Both the position numbers and the translations under genes were made by a program. The notes below the pieces were generated by a model that was given only the letters and a program-made list of their open reading frames with translations, did not search any database and was not told where the DNA came from. Shown in pieces: positions 31,847 through 39,114 of a stretch of DNA of 64,000 bases (position 1 is the first letter of the stretch; each line of letters opens with the position of its first letter). Origin of the DNA: Sedimentisphaerales bacterium (GTDB taxonomy: Bacteria; Planctomycetota; Phycisphaerae; Sedimentisphaerales; SM23-30); NCBI GenBank assembly GCA_963663965.2, contig CAXXFK010000019.1, positions 1 through 64,000 on the forward strand, written 5' to 3'.

Positions 31847-32757
31847 CAGTCTCTCAAACTCCTTCCCGTCAGGTTCAAAAACACATCCTCCAGATTAGCC
31901 GTATCTATTTTTAAGGTATTGAACTGGCAGCCGCTCTGATTAAGCAAGGCCAGACTCTTCATCGGTTCGGTCGTTTCGAACCGTAGCATATTGTCATTCA
32001 GCTGAATATGCTGTCCTTCGATATAAGGCCTGATCGTTTCGATATCCTTGATTGGCTGCGCCAATTCCGCTTCAATATAAGAGGGTCCGCCATGTGCGGA
32101 AATCAGCTCGTTCAGGCTGCCGATCGCCAGCACCTTCCCCATATCCAGTATCAGAATCCGGTCGCAGAGCCTCTGGGCCTCTTCCATGTAATGCGTGGTG
32201 TAAAGGATGGTCTTGCCTTCAGCTTTAAATGAATCGATCGTATGAAAAATCGAGTTTCTGGATTGTGGATCGACGCCGGCCGTCGGCTCATCCAGCAAAA
32301 TAATATCCGGATCGTGCATCAGTGAACAGGCCAGGTTCAACCGCCGTTTCATCCCTCCGCTGAATTTCGCCGCGGATTGTTTGTCCCGTTTTTGCAGACC
32401 GGCCAGTTCCAGGCAATAATCCACCCGCTTTTGTAACGTTTTACCGCTCAGATCATACATGCGGCCGAAAAATTTAAGATTTTCCCTGGCCGTCAGTTCT
32501 TCGTAAATGGCCAGCGACTGGGGTACCACCGATAGTCTGGAACGGACATCCATCCTGGACGGATCGGATTTCCCGTTAAGAGTAACCGTACCGCTGTCAG
32601 GTTTGATCAGCCCGCATAAAATACTGATAGTCGTGGTCTTACCAGCGCCATTCGGCCCCAGCAGACCGAAAGTAGCCGCCTTTTCCACTTCAAAACTGAT
32701 CCCATCCAGCGCCATCTGTCTCTGATAGCTTTTATAAAGGTTCTTGACTGTTATCAT
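31846..32757 (-). CDS. ABC exporter ATP-binding subunit
   Basis: GPNGAGKTT, FSGGMKRR, LLDEPT and TTHYMEEA. Confidence 0.97.
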   Translation of the reverse strand: MITVKNLYKSYQRQMALDGISFEVEKAATFGLLGPNGAGKTTTISILCGLIKPDSGTVTLNGKSDPSRMDVRSRLSVVPQSLAIYEELTARENLKFFGRMYDLSGKTLQKRVDYCLELAGLQKRDKQSAAKFSGGMKRRLNLACSLMHDPDIILLDEPTAGVDPQSRNSIFHTIDSFKAEGKTILYTTHYMEEAQRLCDRILILDMGKVLAIGSLNELISAHGGPSYIEAELAQPIKDIETIRPYIEGQHIQLNDNMLRFETTEPMKSLALLNQSGCQFNTLKIDTANLEDVFLNLTGRSLRD

Positions 32758-32822
32758 ATCACTATAAGACGCTTCCCGTTTTATGCGGTTACAAACAATT
32801 TTCTATCCTTTCAATGCGTATG

Positions 32823-32851
32823 ATTCTACCAATATAAAATTGAACTATCAA
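32823..32851 (-). promoter_or_regulatory. Candidate sigma70 promoter for the ABC operon
   Basis: TTGATA-17 nt-TAGAAT with extended TGn. Confidence 0.55.
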
Positions 32852-32870
32852 GCACTCTCTTTTTTCGGCT

Positions 32871-33052
32871 TAGGGTCCGTATATAAATAAAAGCTGCATT
32901 TATCGCACAGCTTGTCGTCCCATTCAGTCGCGCCGATTGAGCGAAACCGCAGGCAGCGCTGTTCTATGTCGAGGATTTCGCGATTGAGTAACGGCTGAAG
33001 ATGGCGGCAAGTTGGGATGAAAAATGGAGGTGTTATTTATGCCCGGTTCCTA
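32871..33052. mobile_element. ~180 bp palindromic MITE-like element
   Basis: Terminal inverted repeats TAGGGTCCGTATATAAATAA / TTATTTATGCCCGGTTCCTA match at 15/20, with TA at both ends. Nested internal inverted repeats: CAGCTTGTCGTC/GGCGGCAAGTTG, TTCAGTCG/CGGCTGAA, GCGAAA/TTTCGC. Confidence 0.65.
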
Positions 33053-33190
33053 AATATCAAATCGCCCAGCCAGACCAATCCCCTTCAGCTGGTGCGGCAT
33101 GGTCCGCGACCCATTTACCGGTAAAGAGGCATTGCCTCATTCATTTGTGATAGTCGGTCAACAAATATTCAGGTTAATATCCGTCCTGGA

Positions 33191-33298
33191 AAAAAATATG
33201 GTAGAAAGCTGACACCCAGGGAAATATTATATGAAGGGGCAGTATTGAGGAGAAGAGTTAACTTGCAGAACGTAAAAGTAATACCCTATGAAGATTGA
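33191..33298 (+). pseudogene. Probable C-terminal remnant of a polymorphic toxin (DUF2380-like tip)
   Basis: Start-less frame KKYGRKLTPREILYEGAVLRRRVNLQNVKVIPYED-stop ending just before the next gene. Resembles the GRxLTxxE(I/V)L C-terminal segment recalled from DUF2380 toxins. Confidence 0.45.
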
Positions 33299-33315
33299 GT
33301 AGTAAAAAAATCCTG

Positions 33316-33795
33316 ATGAACAACAATATTGAAGATATGTGGAAACCCAATTGGCGTTTTCGTCTTTATGCAGAAATAAGAAAAAGAGGATATCGTAATC
33401 TGTATGATTTCTTAAGAGATTATCCATCATTAACATATATTAAACTTGCAGACAAGTTAGGCAATTTCTGTGCGATTCAGATTGAATTTATTCAAATAGA
33501 AGAAACGCTAGAAAATAAACAGGAAAAAATATTAGCTATGGATACATTGGTAAGGATCATAAATGCCAGATTAAAAAGAGGGTGGGGAGTGGGATTTCAT
33601 CATAAATATAATGAGGCCGGAGTTTATGCAGATTGGATGACCATTTTTAAATTAAATTCCAATTTTATACATCTACTCGATAAAGTCGAACAGATTTGGC
33701 TGTCTTTAAAAAATAAGCCGCCTCATAAGGGGTGGTTGCCAATTTCAGTAGAAGACGCAATTATTCAAGAGATTTTTGCTGATTGGTCTGATTAA
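33316..33795 (+). CDS. Putative toxin immunity protein of the family found next to DUF2380 toxin genes
   Basis: AT-rich 159 aa ORF with pattern WxxNWxxRLYxxIRxRGY..LA..LG ... LVR..GW ... PPxxGWLP..ED, recognised from memory. Confidence 0.6.
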   Translation: MNNNIEDMWKPNWRFRLYAEIRKRGYRNLYDFLRDYPSLTYIKLADKLGNFCAIQIEFIQIEETLENKQEKILAMDTLVRIINARLKRGWGVGFHHKYNEAGVYADWMTIFKLNSNFIHLLDKVEQIWLSLKNKPPHKGWLPISVEDAIIQEIFADWSD

Positions 33796-33944
33796 CATAA
33801 ATTCTTCAGGTGAGCAATGAATCGCTGGGAATTATGAGGATTTTTAAGGGGTCAGGGATTTTTAAGGTTTTATTTCGAGAGCAATCCTTCGTTAGTCAAC
33901 AGGGCTGGCAACAATAGTTGCGAGAGTATCATTGGCATTAGAGA

Positions 33945-34108
33945 GGCCCGAAGGTCGAAGATCCGCCTCAGGAGGAGCCGGGAGTTCTTAGCCGGGGCCG
34001 GGAGGCCTCGGAAAAGGATGACGAAGGAAAACAGAGCCCTGAAGGGGCGAAAGAAGTTTGTTAAAGATGAACGATTTGAATAAAATATTCTGACGGCCCT
34101 TCGGACCT
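33945..34108. repeat. REP-like composite palindromic unit
   Basis: GGCCCGAAGGTC ... TAGCCGGGGCCGGGAGGCCTCGG ... AGCCCTGAAGGGGCG ... GGCCCTTCGGACC, the last being an inverted partner. Confidence 0.65.
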
Positions 34109-34122
34109 TACGAATACCATGA

Positions 34123-34296
34123 CCCCGCATTCCGGAGCCTGACGGCGGCGAGTCTCGCACCATCACCGTCACCACCGACGCCGCCGGCCAGTTCACCGCC
34201 GGCCCGCCCGGAACCACCTACCGCCTGACCGCCATCACCCGCAGCGGCTACCGGCTGTTCGCGGAGAACCCCGGCGGCCTGGCCATTATCCCATAA
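34123..34296 (+). pseudogene. High-GC gene fragment (carboxypeptidase-regulatory/Ig-like domain piece)
   Basis: Start-less frame ..ESRTITVTTDAAGQFTAGPPGTTYRLTAITRSGYR..IIP-stop, with strong C-ending codon bias. Confidence 0.45.
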
Positions 34297-34315
34297 ACAT
34301 TTGAAAATCCCACCC

Positions 34316-34340
34316 GTAGAGACGCGATGCCTCGCGTCTC
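34316..34340 (+). repeat. GTAG-type REP palindrome
   Basis: GTAG-AGACGCGA-tgcc-TCGCGTCT-C. Confidence 0.75.
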
Positions 34341-34440
34341 AATGCCTGCGAGGCGACGAACCTTATCAATCACACGATTATTTATTTTATTCGTAAAACC
34401 AAAAAAATCACCCAAGCCATTATTATATAGTCAGTTACCA

Positions 34441-34485
34441 CCCCATAAGCCCTATAAGCCCCATATGCCTCATAGGTCCTATATA
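34441..34485. repeat. Degenerate 9-nt tandem repeat
   Basis: cccataagc-cctataagc-cccatatgc-ctcataggt-cctata. Confidence 0.7.
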
Positions 34486-34545
34486 ATTTATAACAAAAAT
34501 TAATCTATAATTTATATATAATTCAACAAAACAATGCAATATTAT

Positions 34546-34574
34546 TTGACATCCATCAAACGCCAGTCTATAAT
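34546..34574 (+). promoter_or_regulatory. Consensus sigma70 promoter
   Basis: TTGACA (34546-51), 17 nt spacer, TATAAT (34569-74), with AT-rich sequence upstream. Confidence 0.8.
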
Positions 34575-34814
34575 CCCAAAGTCGCCCCAATAGCCCCCGA
34601 ACCCCCGGTGTGCCCCACACCCAACCGGCCACGCCCGCATAACCCCTCTGCGCATAGACCGTGGCGCCTTCAAGCGCAGCTTGTGGGTGCATTCTTGGCT
34701 TGGTGCGATAGCGTACGAACCAGGCCCAACCAGCCAATTTATTTTGGCTGTTTTAACAATACGAATGAAATGGGATATACAAATATGACACAACCCGACA
34801 ACCCAGCCATAAAA

Positions 34815-35266
34815 GGCTTGAAAAGCCGAAAGTAACTAGCCGGGGTCCGTAAGGCCCCGGATAGCGATTGAAATTTAATATTTAACCCACGCCTCGCAGA
34901 GGCGTACCGCCAGGATTTCGCACCGGAGGCGAAAGATAAAATAACCATGAGCGCAGCGAATACCAACATAAAACGTTGAGCGCAGCGAAATCCCGATCTA
35001 TCGGGAAAGCCAACGATGAAAATAATGACCCTAACCTCAACAACCAAATAAGCTTAACAAAAAATAAAAACTCATCCGCCTCAAGGCGGATACAAATAAT
35101 ATCTCGGAGAGATCAAAAGCGCATAGCCCGCCAATTCATTGGCGGGAATACCCGAACCCGAGTTAGAAAATTTTAAACCCACGCCTCGCAGAGGCGTACC
35201 GACAGGATATCTCGCAAAAGAGATAGATAAAACCAACATGAGCGCAGCGAATACCAATACAAAACG
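34815..35266 (+). repeat. Two tandem structured repeat units about 292 nt apart
   Basis: Identical AACCCACGCCTCGCAGAGGCGTACCG at 34884 and 35176; identical CATGAGCGCAGCGAATACCAA at 34946 and 35237. Each unit is preceded by hairpin-TAGCC-hairpin. Confidence 0.85.
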
Positions 35267-35380
35267 AAACAAACCCAATACATGAAATTTTTTCCATAAC
35301 ATCAATAAAAATTGACTTTAACGAAACCCGAAACCATCGGGCCAAAACTTATAACAATCTTAAAACAGGAGGTACCAACC

Positions 35381-36220
35381 ATGTCATCGTCACTAAGAAG
35401 ACTCAGAGCCAACCGTCGTAACGCCCAGAAATCCACCGGCCCCAAAACCCCCGAAGGCAAGGCCATCTCATCCAGAAATGCCATCAAGCACGGCCTCAGC
35501 GGCCAGGACCCCGCCCATCTCATCGTCCCCGGCGAGTCCGAACTCACCTACCTCGAGTTCCGCGCCGCACTCCTGCAAGATCTCAAACCAACGACTTATC
35601 TCCAACGTCACATTGCCGACCAGATCGTCTCGGCCGCCTGGCGACTGGAACGCCTTGGCCGCATCGAAGCCGAAATGATCGACGCCCGCGTCTATCAACT
35701 CCGTCTCACCAACGAAGAAATCCGCAAAGACACCGTCATCGACCAGCCCTTCGCCCACTCCAGCATCTATCTTCCCCGCCACAACGAAGTCGGCGCCGCC
35801 TTCACCCTCGAAGTCCCCGCCTTCAACTGCCTGGCCCGCTACGAAGCCCACCTCAACCGAACCTTCCAGGCCAATCTTAAGCTCCTGCATCAGATGCAGT
35901 TACAACAAAAACCAAACGAACCCAATGCCTACCCGCCAGAGTACCCATTTCCCGATTTACCCCGTATCCACATTCCCGACCCTCCCAGAATCCCCACGCA
36001 CCCCAGCGAAGCCAAATTGGCCCCCGAATACATCAAAGACCGCCTGCCTGAGTTGATGAAAGACCACAGCGTAACTGACGACCAGGTCTTCAGTTACGCC
36101 TGCAACCGCTACGAAGCCCTCAACACCTTCTCCCAGCAGAACGGCGAAGAAGCCCTCCACGCCCTCGGCATCCCTACCAAACCACCCGCCGATATCCCCA
36201 TCCAGGAGGAAAAGAAATGA
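35381..36220 (+). CDS. Conserved hypothetical protein of the 'ANRRNAQKSTGPKT..GK..S..NA.KHGL' family (HGGxSTG-related N-terminus)
   Basis: AGGAGG RBS; N-terminal motif, AAWRLERL, LARYEAHL.R and KPNEPN; Pro-rich tail; very C-rich codon usage. Confidence 0.85.
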   Translation: MSSSLRRLRANRRNAQKSTGPKTPEGKAISSRNAIKHGLSGQDPAHLIVPGESELTYLEFRAALLQDLKPTTYLQRHIADQIVSAAWRLERLGRIEAEMIDARVYQLRLTNEEIRKDTVIDQPFAHSSIYLPRHNEVGAAFTLEVPAFNCLARYEAHLNRTFQANLKLLHQMQLQQKPNEPNAYPPEYPFPDLPRIHIPDPPRIPTHPSEAKLAPEYIKDRLPELMKDHSVTDDQVFSYACNRYEALNTFSQQNGEEALHALGIPTKPPADIPIQEEKK

Positions 36221-36638
36221 CCAGATAAAAAGCCGGCTGACAGACAGTAACTTCAGGAATCATCACGATAGCAATGATGACATCACTTAATCCCTGCGCG
36301 CCTCTGAAGTTAGCTGTTGATAATCTGGGCAATCAATAAATATTGATATTAATGAATGATACAGAAAACAGATGTAAACGAGCGATAAGTACCCGTTGGC
36401 CACATAAATTGTAATCTTATTTTTATCAGTCACTTAGACTGCTGATGAAAATTGGGTTAATCGCGCTGGCGGACATAATGTCAAATTATCTCATGATTTG
36501 AGAAAAGGGATCCGGTGGTCTGAATCTTATAAAATAAAAGTAACCTTTCGTGTTGTCGTATGGTCTTTGGTTTTGTTGCCCAAAGACTCTGTGTGTGTAA
36601 GTCTTTGTGTTTCTAAATCTAATGGAGAGGATTAAAAG

Positions 36639-37319
36639 ATGAAAAAACCGATTCTATCCTGTATGGTCGTTATCATGTTCCTTGCTTCGGGACTTTTGCA
36701 GGCGGCCATTGTCGACATCGTTGCCACCCAGGGCAAAGCCGTTCAATATAAGAACGACAGCGGCGTATGGGTTTCTGAAACCCGGCTCAAAACCCGTACT
36801 GCCGGAACATGGGATGATGACCCGGAACTGAATACCCTGGATGCCAACAAATCCTGGCTGCAATTTGACATTTCCGGCGTAACTGACCCGATTGTCAGTG
36901 CGACCCTGACCATCTATGCCATCACCGATAACAAGTCATATGTTGTCAGCGGCTTGAACGATGGTGTTGATGAAACTTGGAGTGCCGATACCATTGACTG
37001 GTTCTCCGCTCCCGGTAATGACACTGCCAGCGGCACTGCCTTGGATGCCGCTAAGACAGTGGCCCTGTACACCGTCAATCCAACCGTTGGCAATGGCGCC
37101 TACAGCGCCGATGTCACCTCGTTTATCGCCGCCGATACCGATGGCCTGGTCTCTTTCATTCTGACCGCCGGCGGAACCACCTATATCTACAACATACTCG
37201 AAGGCAGCTACTACAACGCGGACATGGTTCCCGTTTTAAGCCTCGAAGTCGTTCCCGAACCCGCCACCCTCATCCTGTTCGGACTGGGCGGCCTGGTCTC
37301 TCTCAGAAAACGCCGTTAA
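36639..37319 (+). CDS. PEP-CTERM sorting domain protein (DNRLRE-like domain)
   Basis: Signal peptide, KSWLQFDISG..IVSATLTIY and C-terminal VPEPATLILFGLGGLVSLRKRR. Confidence 0.93.
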   Translation: MKKPILSCMVVIMFLASGLLQAAIVDIVATQGKAVQYKNDSGVWVSETRLKTRTAGTWDDDPELNTLDANKSWLQFDISGVTDPIVSATLTIYAITDNKSYVVSGLNDGVDETWSADTIDWFSAPGNDTASGTALDAAKTVALYTVNPTVGNGAYSADVTSFIAADTDGLVSFILTAGGTTYIYNILEGSYYNADMVPVLSLEVVPEPATLILFGLGGLVSLRKRR

Positions 37320-37363
37320 CAAATTCCAAAAGAACCATTTAGTATCTCTAAAGCTTACTCATC

Positions 37364-37399
37364 ACCGGCCATGTGCACAAAAAACACATGGCCGGTTTT
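37364..37399 (+). terminator. Intrinsic terminator after the PEP-CTERM gene
   Basis: ACCGGCCATGTG-loop-CACATGGCCGGT followed by TTT. Confidence 0.75.
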
Positions 37400-37446
37400 A
37401 ATTAACAATAATCAGTGGCGATTTAGATTGATTTTTTGAATCAACC

Positions 37447-38052
37447 CTACTTCACCCGCCACCGTAAAATCGTCTTAAGCCGTTCCGGCTCCACCCGGCG
37501 CGGATCGGATAGGTAGATTTCATGATGATGGCCGCTAACTTGCAGGCTGTTGGTCTCAATAAAATTATGCATCTGTTCAATCGCGCGGCCCACCTGGTCA
37601 TACGGTCCCACATGCATAATCTGGACACAGCGGCCCTTGGGTAATTTTTGCAGAACCACCCGATCCACCGCCTCGCTTTTACCCTTGCTCTGGATCGCCG
37701 CGACCGCCTTATTCAGGTCAGATTGTTTTACACAGTCGGGTGTGCGGATCATCATGGCCCAGCGCCATTGCTCCTGGGGGACCTGATCCAGTGTCCGCCC
37801 ATCATCCGAGCACCAGTCGGCTTCCAGCTTCGCCACCACATAATCGCCCAGCCCGGCCGCCTTGCGGGTCATTTTGATCGTAAATGCCATACTGTAAAGC
37901 GCCCCGATAGCCGCCTCAAAATTCTTGCCGCCCGGTGCGCCCTGACCCTCAATTGTCAGGTATTGTGCCGGACTCAATTCGGCCAGAGCCGGCTGACTGC
38001 CGGCCTTGTACTCATCCTTGTATTGCTTGAATAAATCGATCTTTTCGGTCAT
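37447..38052 (-). CDS. GyrI-like small-molecule binding domain protein
   Basis: YLTIEGQGAPG, ALYSMAFTIKM, CVQIMHVGPY and HHEIYLSDPRR; GGAGG RBS before ATG 38052. Confidence 0.9.
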   Translation of the reverse strand: MTEKIDLFKQYKDEYKAGSQPALAELSPAQYLTIEGQGAPGGKNFEAAIGALYSMAFTIKMTRKAAGLGDYVVAKLEADWCSDDGRTLDQVPQEQWRWAMMIRTPDCVKQSDLNKAVAAIQSKGKSEAVDRVVLQKLPKGRCVQIMHVGPYDQVGRAIEQMHNFIETNSLQVSGHHHEIYLSDPRRVEPERLKTILRWRVK

Positions 38053-38108
38053 TGTTGCAGCCTCCATAACAGGTGTTAATTCCATTTCTGAGCGAATCTG
38101 CGCCAGAG

Positions 38109-38975
38109 CTATTCCAGTGGAATAAAGATATCCGTGATCAAGTCCTCAGGTTCGGTATCTTCCGGACTGTTCATATACATCTCGATACTCGGCCGGGACG
38201 CGATCACATATCCCTTTGCGGGTACCCACTGGCCGCATAATTGATTATAGGTCTGGCTCAGCTTTTCATAAGGACCAAAATGGGTGACTCGCGCGTAACT
38301 GCCGCCTTCGGTCTGTTGCAGGTAAACCTCGCCGTCAACCGGACAATCCGGATCAACCGTAATACAGGCGTCATAGCGAATCTTCTCCGGCGGCGTGATC
38401 TCCGGATCATCAAAACACAGCCCGAGAAACTGTATTCCCGGCCGCAATAATCCCTTTGGACCGGCCCAGAGACACAACTTTTCCCAGGCCTTGCCGCACT
38501 CATGATAGGGCCCGACATGCCGGACACACGCCAATTGCATAGGTTCCATTTCGATAATGTCAACTTTCATTGTACCTGCCTCGATAGTAAAGTGTATGGT
38601 CTTATGGTTATTCGCATCCAACAGCGAATAGTTTTCCCGATAGTCTCTGGGAGCCATCCCGAACATGCCATTAAACGCGCGGGTAAAGGCCTCATGGGTG
38701 TCATAACCCGCCTCCAGGGCAATCTGGGTGACTGAAAAAGCACTGCTTTTCAAACGGCTCGCGGCCCGTTCCAGCCGCAGCCGCCGGATATACTTTTTCA
38801 GCGGCTCACCAATCATGCCATGAAAGATCCGGTGAAAATGATAACTCGAAAAACAAGCCACTCCCGCCAGTTCTTCCAGTGAAATCTCCTCATCCAGATG
38901 CGCCTCGATATAATTCAAGACCGTCATCATCCGGCGGGCATAATCTTCCCGGGTAGTCTGTTTCAGTGGTTTCAT
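38109..38975 (-). CDS. AraC-family regulator with C-terminal GyrI-like effector domain
   Basis: SLEELA..ACFSSYHFHRIF, IALEAGY..EAFTRAF, DDPEITPPEKIRYDAC. Confidence 0.95.
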   Translation of the reverse strand: MKPLKQTTREDYARRMMTVLNYIEAHLDEEISLEELAGVACFSSYHFHRIFHGMIGEPLKKYIRRLRLERAASRLKSSAFSVTQIALEAGYDTHEAFTRAFNGMFGMAPRDYRENYSLLDANNHKTIHFTIEAGTMKVDIIEMEPMQLACVRHVGPYHECGKAWEKLCLWAGPKGLLRPGIQFLGLCFDDPEITPPEKIRYDACITVDPDCPVDGEVYLQQTEGGSYARVTHFGPYEKLSQTYNQLCGQWVPAKGYVIASRPSIEMYMNSPEDTEPEDLITDIFIPLE

Positions 38976-39048
38976 GGCTGCATTATACCCCTTCAAGAAT
39001 AGGCTGCTTGATATTTTTTGCTAAAATAACCACATTGTCGCTGCCAAT

Positions 39049-39077
39049 AAAAAACCCGCGGCGTAACTACCGCGGGT
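39049..39077 (-). terminator. Intrinsic terminator after the GH92 gene
   Basis: Minus strand ACCCGCGG-loop-CCGCGGGT-TTTTT. Confidence 0.8.
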
Positions 39078-39114
39078 GATTGCAGTTGAATTCAATCTGA
39101 TGGAAAAATGTCTT

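Noticed and set aside
34815..35266. Possible CRISPR array
   Set aside because: Only two long copies 292 nt apart, no regular repeat-spacer period, and no cas genes in the window.
33870..35345. Several short ORFs in the repeat-rich region
   Set aside because: They translate palindromes and tandem repeats, and show no RBS or coding bias.
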